A DNA stretch of 64,000 nt, taken from the NCBI GenBank assembly GCA_950097015.1, contig CATNEN010000034.1:5518001-5582000 (forward strand), written 5' to 3'. The notes beneath the pieces were generated by a model. The model had not been told where the DNA came from. It did no database searches and saw only the letters and a list, made by a program, of their open reading frames with translations. This document shows, piece after piece, positions 1 to 13,184 of the stretch. This DNA is from Macrostomum hystrix (taxonomy: Eukaryota > Animalia > Platyhelminthes). Numbering within the stretch: the stretch's first letter is position 1; the number at the start of each line of letters is the position of its first letter. A program made the position numbers and the translations under genes.

Positions 1-1
1 C

Positions 2-358
2 GAAAGTCCAATCCTGGGAGTACCACCGCAGCCGCCGCCTCAGCAGCAGCAGCAGCAGCAGCAGCAGTCGGGCAGGTTCGCTCGGGTCTCTAATCACTAC
101 GCCTGCTCGGTGCTGGACCCGGGCCAGACTGTGCGCTACGCACCGCCTCCGGCAGCCTCAGCGCGCACGCGGCACGCGGCCCTCAGTCCGATCGGCCCGG
201 CGTTTCCAGCTGCCGGTGACGGCGCAACCTGTTCGACTTCGGCGGACGATGGCTGCGTCGGTGGCGGCTACACGCGAAAGAATTCCTACTGCAAGATTGT
301 CGAAGAGGAGAGCGACCACAAGGAGAGTGACTCGGAAGGTGGTGGGTCCCTGTTCTAA
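2..358 (+). CDS. 3' end of a protein-coding gene truncated by the window edge (poly-Q/Pro low-complexity C-terminus)
   Basis: The frame is open from position 2 (ESPILGVPPQPPPQQQQ...SGRFARVSNHYACSVLDPGQ...EEESDHKESDSEGGGSLF) to TAA 356-358. It is GC-rich and followed by a T-rich UTR-like tract. No family is recognisable. Confidence 0.6.
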   Translation, partial: ESPILGVPPQPPPQQQQQQQQQSGRFARVSNHYACSVLDPGQTVRYAPPPAASARTRHAALSPIGPAFPAAGDGATCSTSADDGCVGGGYTRKNSYCKIVEEESDHKESDSEGGGSLF

Positions 359-544
359 GTTTTTTGTTTTTTGTTTTGTAATATCGTAGGAACATTCTCC
401 TGCGTTCGGCTTGCCTGATTTCATTTATTATTCCTTTCCTGCTTCGTTTCTACGAGGTTCTTTTCTGATTGTTTGCCGAACAAAAAGACATTTTGAATTA
501 CAATATCTCTCTTGAAATTCATGGGAATCTTAAAGATTCGAAAC

Positions 545-800
545 AGGGCGACTGGCTTGTGCGGTCCAACGCGTTTGCCTTTCTCACCAAGGTCCCTGAG
601 CTCGGAATCCGCGGCGTAGCCACCTTTATTTGGGCTTGGGAGGGCTTGTCTTGCAATTTGCACCCAAGAGGGCCAACCCCAAGGCACAGTGAGAGTGTAC
701 ACTGCCTGACAAAATATAGCGCAAGGCAGATGCACATCACCTGCGTTTGTGTGCTTAGGGTCAAGCGAAATGAGCACACTTGCCTCCTTGCTGCGTCCAT
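545..800 (+). mobile_element. Diverged copy of tRNA-derived SINE family 1
   Basis: Shares colinear blocks with 42784-43150 (aacgcgtttgcct, tttatttggg, gagggccaac..caaggcacagtga.gtgtacactgcctgac, ggcagatg, ttgcctcct). The tail is degraded. Confidence 0.75.
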
Positions 801-3800
801 CGTTTTCATCCTCGCTAAATAAACGTATCATAAGAGACTTTGGATTCAATGGAAAAAACGAGAAATAATATAATATTATATCTCTGTTGTTTCAGATTAC
901 TATAGAATGCTTCCGTTTCTTGTCAGCAGCAGCAAACACATTTTCTAAATAATGTCCATTCTGCGAGCGATTTCGATAACAATCTGTCAATCAGTCATTT
1001 TTATATTCGACAAATCTAATGGCTTTTCCATGTAAATAAGTGCAACATGATAATACATCTTAGCCCCTTTTGCCGCGAGTTCAATGAGTCCAGTTGTGAT
1101 CCAATACGAGTTATTATTTCGTGATAGTGTGTTCTATTTTATCGTCTACGTCGTTACGGTGGGTTGTATTTCGTTCTGCTAAGAAATACTCAGACCAGAA
1201 CGCTGACGGCCCCGGGCTTTGAAGCGTGGCTTTTCAAAGACGCTGTATTAGAACTGACACTTGATTATGTACTTCAATTCGCCACAATAGCTAAAAATGT
1301 ATATTATAGAAAAATCGAATTTGAAATGTCGTACAGAGCATTCCTGTCAGAAAATAAGTGCAAGCAGTAACGCCCCTCTCAGAGAAGAAGTTAGTTTTAT
1401 CCAGACACTCTGGGCACTGATTTATGAGCCACTTACTGATATTGAAGAGGCTTTGCGATGGGAAACAATCCAAGCAAGGCCGCTCTAGCTGCTAAAGCAC
1501 CGTGGAAGCTGAGCGATAAGGCCTACGAACCGCCAGGCCACAAGTGCAGCTGCAGTTTAATAGCCGGCGTAGCTTTATCGGACAGGCCTTTTGCACGTTG
1601 GCTTTTTTCTTCAGTTCGCAGTGCAGATTTATCAGAGTTGATGCGATGTTCAGCCACCGAAATCGTACAAAATAACGAGGAATCTAATCTAGACAGGGTG
1701 GAAGTTTATTACGATGCTGCAGCGTATTGCATCATGTTATGGGATGTTTTATGTAGCACTTTAGTGGCAAGCATGATATGAATATTGATCCGCTTTTGTG
1801 AGAACTTTCGCAATATTAAAGATTCGACTGTCTCATGCAAATTCAGCAATCTGACTGGTAAATAACATCGTGAATTTCGCCTCTTTTCGAAACTGTTGAA
1901 ACGCTAAAAAGCTTCGCCTATTTATGAATCTATTTCCTACAAATTTTAATTTATATAACCCAGATGTAGGACATCCAATCAATGATTACTTACAAATATG
2001 AGTAAATATCGCATCTGTAGTGTAGAAGGCCTAGCTTACACCCACGTCTGGCAGCGTACATTTCGCTTGACAGACGTGTCTTCGTTTGTCTATGGCCGTA
2101 AGCTTATTGGCCATAGACATTTAAGCACTCAAACCTATCATTGAGCAGCGGCTGCTTTCGTGACTGATCTGCTTTAGTCTACTAAATAATCAACCATGCT
2201 CCCGAAGTGCCGTCAGTTAGTCTACCTCGTCTAAGGAAGGCCTGAGCCGCCCTTCGAATCTGTGCGGGCGGTCGAGACCGAAGCACTCGAGGGACAGCTC
2301 GACACGGCGCACGCGGTTCTGCCCACCGTGACCCTGGCAGCGAGACAACTGGCTCCCTGTACAAGCGAGCGCGGCGTTCTGGAATGGACAGCCAGCAACC
2401 TCCTAAGCCACTTCTGATAGGCGCAGAGCGTGTATTATCATTATTATTATATATTTGAGACAGACAAAACATTTTTTGCTCTTGAGGCTAAACCGACATT
2501 CTATGCGCGCAATCGAGCGAAGTATTGAGTGGATCCATCTTGTGTTTCTAGGATCTGTTCTTTAGCCATATTAAGTCTTTAGCATGCCTGTATATAGGAG
2601 CTTTCCATAAAACCTGTCCGGTATTGCTAAAAATAACATGAGAAGAAAGACAAGTCGCGACTTAATTACTAGGTAGGCCTTTTTACACGGCATTATTGTT
2701 CGAGACGCGTAGATGCTGAATGTTCTCTACAGATAAGAAAAGGTTATTATTACGCACATTGAAGCATTGGAATGTCATTGCATGGAAACTTCGTCACTGT
2801 GGAAATTTTAGCTCGTATAATTCCTCCTTTTCCTATATTTTCATTTAATTATATCAATGCAGCCTTTAAAAACACGAGATCAGTGTAAAGTAACGTTTTA
2901 AGCAGTCTACCTATGGACTCAATTCTTAGAAGGAAAAGCAAGGCCAACAGTGAGCTGGTTATGCTCAACTGGGTTCCAGTAACAAGAACTGACAGGCCCT
3001 GCAGTTATAGTTGGGAGACTGTGGGACCATTAAGTCTAGCGCGGGATGGAGGCGAGAGTGGTAGTGCTGGAATGCTGTCGTTGGTTGTGGCGTGTAAAAC
3101 CTGCTCCCAAGGGCTGCGTTAGGCCCCAGGGCCACTTTGCTGGTGGGGAAAATGAGTGAAATTGTGAGTTGGCCTGAGAGCCTCAACCACTTTGGCTTTG
3201 ATGGAGTAAGACAGAAAATAGTACGGGAAATAGAGAATGGGGCGATTAAGCTTATAGTGAGCTCATTTTACCCTACCATATCCACTCACTGCCAGTTTGC
3301 CACCTAATTTTCTCACCCGCTCATTGGATCACGGCTCTGCTGTTGAGAAGGCCTAAAAGAAAGAAAAGTTAAGGAAGAGAAAAGAGAGAGAAAGCAGAAG
3401 TGAGGGGCAAAATTGATGAGGGCAAGATTGAGCGAGAGTGGAACGAGCACAGTTCGAGAAGGCTTTGAGCACCCACCTTCTCACCCAGTTTCCCTCCGCC
3501 TATTAGCTAAAGTCTAAAGAAAGTTTTGATTCCATGTACTGAACCCTCCAAAGAGATGGCGCAACACAGTGAGACATGCAAGAATTCTAGAAGTGAGCAC
3601 AAAATGTATACAAGCAGCTTAACAACGATATCAAATTCTTGAGTTCTGTAAGTCAAATAAGGAGACATCACCGATTGGAAATTGATTGGAAATCGGATAT
3701 TACTATGAACATGCCAGTGGTTTCTGGCAGTTGAAATTATCTACTCGGCTTATCGACTCCGAGGTCACGAGCTCGGATCCAGCTCTTGAGAGGACTAAAC

Positions 3801-3823
3801 TCGGCTAGTTGTCGCTGACACCA

Positions 3824-3920
3824 TTTTTTATGTGTACAATCTCCCATCTTAACTTTAGGGGAAGGGAGGAGTTGTTTTTTATGTGTACAATCTCCCATCT
3901 TAACTTTGGGGGAAGGGAGG
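3824..3920. repeat. Two-copy direct tandem duplication, period 51 bp
   Basis: ttttttatgtgtacaatctcccatcttaacttt.ggggaagggagga occurs twice (tgtgtac at 3831 and 3882). Confidence 0.9.
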
Positions 3921-6102
3921 AATGTGTGATTGACGTAGCAGGCCGGATAAGGGATAAGTCAGCAACAGGCGCGGCTGCGTCTCCCCAGCTCCCAACCCCG
4001 CTAAGACGGCCTTTTTTATCGCGAATGCATTTTATTTTCAAACGGGGCAATATAATCTGCATTGATTAAAAGCGACTATAAGATAGACAAACATGGAGGC
4101 ATCATCGCCATGGATGAGTGCATCCGATCTGCATGCATCTCAAATTTGAGTGCTTCTTGGGTTGCTCTCGCTAAAAATGCTCAAATTGCAGCATTTCCTC
4201 GACTGCAGGATGCGCAATTAGAAAAATAATAAGAGGCACTTAGCAACTATTTCAGGCAGCTGTAGAGAGCACAGGATGTTATCAATATGAGTGCCCTGCT
4301 AGAAATGCAGGACCGTGGAGTCAAATATTCATTGGCGAGGAAAAGAGAAGGGTGGCATATCTGATTCCTCGACACACTTTCATTCTCTACAGCAAAGACG
4401 CGCCAATGTCTCAGGAGACATTGTTTGGGATGAGGGACATTGGGAAATCGGTGGGAACAGCGAACCACTGTCTTGAATGCTAGTTGCATATGCATGAGAC
4501 TTTCACTGCAGACGCATTGCGTGTGAAGAACTTTGCTCGAGCGTCTTCCACAATGTCCGTAGGCCTTATTGATTGGCTAGCTGGTCTTGAACAGCTGAAA
4601 GCTGATCTGGAAAATATTCGCGCCCTGGACTCAGGACGAAGAGAAATTAAAGTCCCGAACGCATTCCGTCTATCTGGGCAATGGGGATCGAAGATTGTTA
4701 AATAATTCATAAAGATTGAGTTGTTGGCCTGGTGGAAATGGTTTCCGAACAATTTTTTGCAAAATAAATTACCTCTGTGGATTTGCTTCAAGCAAAGTTG
4801 GAAGTGGCGACCTAAATTTTGTTACCGTTTCACTCTTTTTAGAGGCGTTATGGGTGACGCTGTTTTTAGAAAAGCCATTATTAGACTCAGAGAATCACAC
4901 TGCAGAATCCCATTTTGCATAGCTGATGATCGATATGGCTACTCATAGTAGAATTAAGCGCGATGCAATGCCAAAATCTGCTTTGATTAATCATTGAAAA
5001 TATATATTTTCCAATTTTTTGTTCGGTGTAAAAAATTGGTACTCCTGCGAAATTTGAACGATGCACAGGACGGACGTACCAATTGGGCAAAGCAAGTCCT
5101 GGATAAAGATCATTCTTTGAATAAAAAAAGGAATAAAAAACTTTAGTATTAAAATAGTTAATTCTATGAATCAAAAGATCGACAAGCGACAGTATAAAGT
5201 TAAGCAGAAAACAAAGATCAATGCTGGGTGCCTTTGAATTCTGCAGTTAGCAACCGTTCCCCTTTCCCCTTCTGAAACTTTCATCCTCGCCCGCCTCCAC
5301 ACACACTTTACCTTTCCAAAACGTCCAATATAGAGGAATGGAAAAGTCAAGATCTTGCTGCTGCTGCTGTTGCTGCCGCTGCCGGCAGCTTTTTGGTGTG
5401 TCATCGAGCGAGCGAACAGTGCGCGTGCGTGTGCGTACGGGCCACTGGGTACAAGCGTGGCCGATAGATCCCAAACCGGCTATGCAGTGCCATTTTCAGC
5501 ATTGTCTTTACCGGTTCGCAGCTCCGCGTCAACGGGACAGCAGAATCTGTGCGCCTGCTTCCGCGGAAGGCATTTCTGAAGCAGTGCGGACCAGTCCCCA
5601 TTGCGAAGGAGCCTACACAGAGCTATTTATCGATCGGAATTCAGCCTCAATGTGGATCTGGATGGTTAGGGAGGAAAGTTTCGACGCAAAGTGAAGAGCC
5701 AAAAAATGTGCAGCGCCTACGAAAGCGAAACTGGAAGACAGTTCGACCTGACATTTTCCACCTCACCTCCTACTTTTTCATTCCTCGATTTTCCTTTACC
5801 CCTCTCTCCCTTCTGCCAGCTCTTCTAGCCTTAGCCTTGGCTGTATTTAGTCAGCCTGGGTGACCCGGAAACCTAGGCCGCTCAGCAGTCCTTCATCTCT
5901 CTGTGTTTCGATCGCCACAACCGCATCAGCTTATACGAAGGTAAATTAACAAACAGATAGAATGTGTAGCAGTACTTCTAGTATTATTCGATTATTAAGG
6001 AAAATCAATTTTTACCTGACCTATCATCCTTCCTCTTCATAACCAACTAATAAAATTAAAATTTGCGTCGATAACTAATTTCTTTTTCGCACGGCAGCAA
6101 CC

Positions 6103-9100
6103 ATGAGCGACATGGACGAGCGACGCGCGGCCCGACGCAGGGCGAGGCAGACAGCGTGAGTTCACAAATCTTTACTGTGTGTTCGAGCAGAAATTGGGCC
6201 CACGGAAAGCTTAGAGAGAGTAGCTGTGACCCAGAAGGGTTATCGAGAGAGGGTATCAGTGACCTAAAAGGGTTATCGGCAGAGGGTAGCAGTGACCCTA
6301 GAAGGTTATCGGGAGATGGTATCAGTGACCCTAGAAGGGTTATCAGGAGAGGTTATCAGTGACCCTAGAAGGGTTATCGGGAGAGGTTATCAGTGACCCT
6401 AGAAGGGTTATCGGCAGAGGGTAGCAGTGACCTAAAAGGGTTATCGGCAGAGGGTAGCAGTGACCCTAGAAGGTTATCGGGAGATGGTATCAGTGACCCT
6501 AGAAGGGTTATCAGGAGAGGTTATCAGTGACCCTAGAAGGGTTATCGGGAGAGGTTATCAGTGACCCTAGAAGGGTTATCGGCAGAGGGTAGCAGTGACC
6601 TAAAAGGGTTATCGGCAGAGGGTAGCAGTGACCCTAGAAGGTTATCGGGAGATGGTATCAGTGACCCTAGAAGGGTTATCAGGAGAGGTTATCAGTGACC
6701 CTAGAAGGGTTATCGGGAGAGGTTATCAGTGACCCTAGAAGGGTTATCGGCAGAGGGTAGCAGTGACCCTAGAAGGTTATCGGGAGATGGTATCAGTGAC
6801 CCTAGAAGGGTTATCAGGAGAAGTTATCAGTGACCCTAGAAGGGTTATCAGGAGAGGTTATCAGTGACCCTAGAAGGGTTATTTGGAGAGGGTAGCAGTG
6901 ACCCTAGAATGGTTTTCGGGAGAGGGAGGGTAACTGTGACCCACTAAGGGTTTGACCCACGGAGGGTTATCAATGGTTATTATATAATTTCGAAGTTTCA
7001 AAGGCGCAAATGCATTCTCTTCACACCACATTCCCCATTTCAGAACCGAGGAGGTATGCAGGGCGATCAGTAATAAGAGTCATCTTCCAAAGTTTTCCTT
7101 CGACTTTTTCTCTTCCTTTCATTTAAAAAAATTCATAGTCTAAAAGCATTCTTCTTAAGGCAGCAGTTTTCGAATCGCTGATCTCATCACCGTGTAGAAA
7201 AACAGATTAATAAATTCCTGAATCGGAGTCAGAACGCTCGTAAGATTGCAACAATTACAATATCCTGACATCCGGTTGAGTTTTGCGCTTTTATTCGCAC
7301 CTAATTCTGTACTTTAGTTCCCGCGAACTTTACAGAGCTTAACACGCGATATGCTTTTGGTCAGTTTTATAGCGCTTTCCCGCTGGCCGAGGCCCTCATT
7401 TCACCGATTGTAGTTGGCTGCAAAATATTTGTACGACGCTTAAAAATTGTCCTAAGCGTATTTTTATCGTTCGTGCCTGCCTATGCCATACGGCGGTTTT
7501 AAAGCGTTCGCTTGCATCCCCATCTGTTGGTTGACGGTTCGTTTTGCTTATGCGCCATTGTTCTTGCGATTCCGGGGGGGGCTCTTAGTCGACCAGTTTA
7601 ACGAATCGCAGAAACATAACCATATGGAAGTCTTATAGTAGGAACATCTTTGATAATTTACACCATAGGAAATTCTTGAGAGTTTTTCAAGGAAGATCTT
7701 AGCTCGTACATGGTATTTTTGTTGTTAAAGTTTGTCTTAGTTCCAGTCGCAAGAACAAACCAGCAATGCCCACTAGTTTATATGGGAGAAAGTCAGCCTC
7801 AAGCTCAACCTTGGTTGGTCTGGCGATGGTTTTTAGCTTGTGACTAGTCGTGAATTTTCCTACCCCAAACAAAGCACGTCACCTTTAAAAGTCCTTAAAG
7901 GACTCCGATTAAGGCAATCGAATAAACAAACTATAAATATGTCAGGAAGCCCCGGCTCCAGCGGCGGATTCATCGAGGCGCCGTCGGAGGCGCGGCGACG
8001 ATGACGAAGGTGGCGAGTCCGAGGCGGCGCCAGTGAGTGCTCGCGGGTGTCTGCCATCAGCAGGCAGAAGATGAGAATCCGTTCAGCAGACTGCGATTTG
8101 ATTTCAGAATATTCTGTTGCCACAGAAAGCCCAAAATTGTTGTCAAATTCACAAACGTATTTTGAGGTGGCCTCCCTAACAACCCTAACAGTTACTAACC
8201 AACTCTTTTTAAACAAAACTGTATACATACAAGTTAGTTTAATATACGCGCTCGTAGATCTCGAGTTTAGTTTACGAAATTTGCATGCTTCAACATGCTC
8301 CAAACCAATTTTTTGTTTTAACATCAACCACTGTTACGATAGGTCTCATTCTAGAATATCTTTAGTTTAACTCAACCGTTTTGCCCCAACACAATGTGCC
8401 ACGAACGACTTAAACACTGGATGTATAAGGGCTATTTATAAAAACTTGACCAGAATGCATGACAGCATACTTAAATCACGAATATATATGTCTATATGAT
8501 TATTATTATAAATATTTATTTAAACCATCGCATGCGAGTCTCAATGAAAACAGAAGCCCAAATGACATCTAAGGATATCCTAAAGTACTTGCCTGCTTAC
8601 TTCACCCTCTGACATCATAGAAAAATCCGCTTTTCAGCCCACAGCCGACTCCGCCCCGGCTGAGGAGCCGTCCGCTGGTGGTGGCGGCGGCGGTGGTGAT
8701 GACGATGTGAGTCCAAAATTTGATAGATTTTACTGAAGTAGTGGCAAAATGATTCTAAATATGCTCGAGTTAGAGACAGAATACGGCTTGAACGTCAGGC
8801 CGTTCCTGAGGGGGCAAAAATCAAGTCAAGAACGTCTCTCTTTGTAGGACCGCAGGAGGGCCGAAGAGGAGGAGGCCGCCGAACGCCGCCGTCGTCAGCA
8901 GCAGCAGGAGGAGGAGGAGCGGGAGCGGGAGCGGGCTGAGGCCGAGCGTCGTAGGCGCGAGGAGGTAAGCTGCTGAGGAACTGAGACGCTGCTGTTTGCC
9001 TTCCACCAAGATGAGACCGCCTTTGACGATGCCGATCTTGCTTGACATTTTCTCGCTTCACCGCACGCTGCGCACCCGTTTGTAGGAGGCTGAACGACGC

Positions 9101-9939
9101 CGTCGCGAGGAGGAGGCTGAGGAGCGCCGCCGCGCTGAAGAGGAGGCTGAGCGCCGCCGCGCCGAGGAGGCTCGCAAAGCAGAGGAGGCTGCCGCTGCCG
9201 CCGCCAAAAAGGGCGGCAAGGGCAAGAAGAAGAAGGGAGTCACCATGACTCCTGAGAAGAAGAGGCTGCTCAAACAGCTGATTATGCAGAAGGCGGCTGA
9301 AGAGATGCGAGCAGAGCAGAAGCGCAAGGCGCAGGAGCGCGAAAGCCACCTCAAATCTGTGGTCGGCGAGCTCAACATTTCGGGCCTCAGCAAGGGTGAG
9401 CGGTCACTTCATTCTTCATCTAAAATTTCGACTCTAATGGCAAACAAGAAATCGCTTTTTTCTTTTGCAGACCAGCTAGAGAGCAAGGTGAAGGAGCTGT
9501 ACAGAAAGATGGCCCAGTTGGAGGCTGAGAAATATGACTGGGAAGTGAAGATCCACAACCTGGACCTGGAGATCAACTCCATGGAGGCCAAAGTGAACGA
9601 GTCCAAGGGCAAGTTCACCAAGCCTGTGCTGAAGAAGGTCTCCAAGACCGAGCAGCGCCTTGAGAAGCTCAAGAAGAAGAACAAGGCGAGCGCCGCATCC
9701 CTTCGTGAGGGCCTCAAGTCCACCGGCCAAGACAAGTACGCCCTGGAGGAGAAGGAGGAGGTAAGCTTCAGTGTGATATATTGCGAGCTGCCATCCTTCA
9801 GGGCCTTAGGGATAATGCTGAAAGCTACTCCCCAACTCGCCCACCGCAGTCGGAGAAGCCAGAGTGGACCAAGGAGAAGAAGGAGAAGCACGAGGAGGGA
9901 GGCGAGGGCCAGGCCGAGGAGGCCGCCGCTGAGAGCTAA
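6103..9939 (+). CDS. TNNI: Troponin I, invertebrate type with long E/R/A-rich N-terminal extension (~341 aa if all exons are included)
   Basis: GT-AG exons 6103-6155, 7044-7053, 7946-8032, 8638-8706, 8848-8964, 9086-9395, 9471-9760, 9850-9939 join in frame. Motifs MTPEKKRLLKQLIMQKAAEE, EAEKYDWE, KGKFTKPVLKKVSK and KPEW match invertebrate TnI. A 5' UTR intron is probable at 5941-6097 and there is an AATAAA near 10115. Confidence 0.92.
6214..6950. repeat. 33-34 bp minisatellite with a 168-bp five-monomer higher-order repeat, in TnI intron
   Basis: Unit is approximately gggttatcggcagagggtagcagtgaccctagaa. The variant gacctaaaa recurs at 6261, 6429 and 6597 (168-bp spacing). Confidence 0.95.
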
Positions 9940-12544
9940 AGTCATCAGCTGCGAATTACATCCAACCAAAAGACCGGCCGGGACACACCGCGACTGAGCC
10001 TTCCCCATCAAATCACTGCTTGTGTTGCGGCTGTGTTGTCTTCTGAGCTGGAACTCTTTGTAGGCAAACTCTACTCGTGCATTCACCAGGGGATTTCGGT
10101 CGTCTAGTGTGGAAAATAAATATTCAAATAGAAATTTTTCGTGCACACACTTGTTTTTTAAATCTGCTCCTTTTCTCCCGAAATGCCCATCTTTCTGTTT
10201 TGCTCCTTTAATTTTCTCTTTCTCTGTCGCTCGCGCTCACCTTTTGCTTCGCAAATGGTCCTCACGCAATCAGAACAGCATGTTTTGAAAGCCCTTTTCA
10301 ACGATTAGGAAGAAGTTAGTTGACGCCAATTCGCCAAGTATGAGTAAAAAACTAATTATATGCTTGTTCGTTTTCAGAACGCAGTTTTATACTCATCAGT
10401 CTCTTAGTCGCTTAATTCCTATATAACACGCACATCCTAAAACACAGATTGCCTAGAATAATGCAAAGTGCATTCTGGTTCCTTAAAGTCGATCATGTTA
10501 AATCCTACACCCCGCTAAATTAAATTGTCATTATAGCAATAAATAAACTTTTAAATTATACTTGCTTTATTTATCGGCTTGGGTAAAGAAGCAAGAATAT
10601 ATTAAATCAAAGGAGGCAATCAAAATAATACTTAATTATGCTTCGATTTCCGCGAGCTGAGGAAAGAAATTTGTGATCAATGAAGTCAACAAGATCTCCT
10701 AGAAATTTGTTTCAAGCGGTACGTATAGGCCCATAGTAGTTAAGGTTGATGGCGAAGCAGCATGAGTTGAGCAGCACAAAAATATACGCTAGCTCGTGTA
10801 GGTGGAAGCGTACACCACTGCACGTTGGTGATGTTGTAGTCGGATTTTACTATTGCTTTGGTGAAAATTTTACTGTTGTAAATTTTAATTCAATCAAATT
10901 TTCCTCGGGCTCAATGGGGCATTGAGGAGACACGCTACAACTGAGTTTCGTGTACACATGCGCATGTGTGGCAGACCAAGGGTTGAAGTTTTTGTGAGAT
11001 ATGTACTCTGGAGAACTCTGGAGTATAATTGATTAGTATAAGATCGCTGTTGCGTTGATTATGATTATTAACGTGCATGATTATTGTGCATTATTTTGGT
11101 GCATCAATCAGAAAATTAAAATCATAAAAAATACCGAGAGCTGATTGATCGAGAACATCTTTCTGTTCAGGAAATAGAAAAAGCCTTATTGGTTTAGGCT
11201 TTAATTTTAAGAGATCACTAGCTTGGACATTGGGTATTAATATGCCGACCTAGCAGTACGATGATATATGACAAGATAACAATTATGAAAGTTGCAGAGT
11301 CTGAATAGCTATTTTTCTAACGTCTAAAACGAGCAGCTTTTGATCGATTCAGGCAAAGATGCATTAGAGTTAATATTCTTTCTTCACATGCTATATTAGG
11401 TTATAATATACAGTTTATTTCAATCTATATAAGAAATAGCGGTAAAATATCCACCTCTTAAGAACTGCGATATAAATCCAAGACAGCGCCTAAAAACTGC
11501 TAAGACTGGTAGAAGAGACGATGGCGTCGTATTGCCACTGTTTTGTTCGTGTACGCTGAAACGTTTGATTTGAAACACTGTTTCAGTTTCAGAAAAGTTA
11601 TATTTAGTGGACAGTGGACTGAAGAACACAAAATATTGTTTTTAAAAAAAACCTTCTAATGATTACGAAAAGGCAAGTAACTTGGCAAAAAATTCTCGAT
11701 CGCTAGAATTCTATATAGCTTAGTTTCTTGCTAGCTATTGTAACTTGGTTCCAGATTGTTCAGTCCATTGCTAAGTGTTAAGTTCAACCGCCAAATCAAA
11801 ATCTTGTTTCTTTGAATTACTGTCTTACGATGCGGATTGCCATGATACAGACGACCTACTGAACAGTCCGATTCTTCTCTTCAGTAGTTCGTTTGTTTGA
11901 CTTAAGGCTATGGCTACATAGCTGCATGTTTGATTAATTGAGTAAAACGTACTTACAGATAAGTGACTATTTTAACCAGTTTTTTGTTTACATTTTGAAA
12001 ATTAGGCCTATGACGCTTTAGGCCTACTTATTTCTAACCCACCGATAAACGCTAGCAACTAGCTATTGCTAGTTATGTATCTGATTAAAAAGGCAGGGAA
12101 AGCTGAGAAGGCGTTTAATAAAATTTTACTCCTAGTGGACTAGCTAGTAATTAATTTTGTTATTGAATGACCTCTACACTCAGCATTAGGCCTAATCGTC
12201 TCATTATGACATTATTTCTAACTTTCATCAATTTACTACAAATAAAGCCATGACATCTAGATGCTAATAATCGAGGTGTATAGCTAGCTAAATGCATTAA
12301 ACATTTGAAATGGCTAAAGTCAAAATTGTTGCAAGCCATCTTCTAGTGCCCATTTTTAATTTGAACTGTAGCTAACTTTTTTAGTCTATGCATTATAATT
12401 TGGTGCGAGTTCCAGTAAATTTATCTGCTACCATCTTATGTGCCCACAGATGATGAGATTACTACTTTGTAAGCAAGTGAAATTCATGAGCAGACAAGTT
12501 GGCCAAACTTGGCCTTAACTGAAATAAGAAGACATTAAATGCTT

Positions 12545-13184
12545 GGCAGTGCTTATCCCCATGGTACCATAGAAATAATTTTTGTCTTATTCCTACGGTA
12601 CCATGGGAATAATTTCCTGCTTATCCGCACGGCACACTGATGAGATAGCTGTCCTATCTTCGACTTCAACATATTCTGTGGGAATAATTTCCTACGAAAT
12701 AGTTTCAAATGGGAATATTTCATATGGGAATAGTTTCAAACGTAGAGTGCGTAGGATTCGTAGCTCCAGAGATGCGTAAAGTAATAGACTGGATTATAGA
12801 CTTAGAAGGCTTGAGCTATAAGATTAGAAAAATACACACTTCAGTTGTATTCTTTTAAATATATAAATAATAGAAATATATATTTTATATACTTAAAAAA
12901 TTAGTTAACTAGTTGCGAAAAATGCAGAAAACTTTAATTTCTTTACTTGCTTTTAAAAACCGGAAAAAAAGGAAAATTGCAGTCATGATAAAAATATAGA
13001 TGATAGGACAGCTATCTCGTCAGTGTGCCGTGCGGATAAGCAGGAAATTATTCCCACGGAATATGTTGAAGATAGGACAGCTATCTCGTCAGTGTGCCAT
13101 GCGGATAAGCAGGAAATTATTCCCACTGTACCGTAGGAATAAGACAAAAATTATTTCTACGGTACCGTGGGGATAAGCACTGCC
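12545..13184. mobile_element. Non-autonomous DNA transposon (MITE) with ~150-bp TIRs and 9-bp TSD
   Basis: Left arm ggcagtgcttatcccc... (12545-12693) is the reverse complement of the right arm ending ...ggggataagcactgcc (13184). Flanks are taaatgctt (12536-12544) and taaatactt (13185-13193). The right arm has a 69-bp subterminal tandem repeat; the core is AT-rich and non-coding. Confidence 0.88.

Noticed and set aside
8432-8441. MEF2 site (CTATTTATAA) in a TnI intron
   Set aside because: It fits the consensus and the biology, but such AT-rich 10-mers occur often by chance here and there is no conservation data.
9761-9997. 250-aa ORF C-terminus as the real TnI end
   Set aside because: It reads through intron 9761-9849 into the wrong frame; splicing restores the conserved KPEW motif.
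8795-10146. Long minus-strand ORFs over troponin I
   Set aside because: Antisense shadows of GC-rich, repetitive coding exons.
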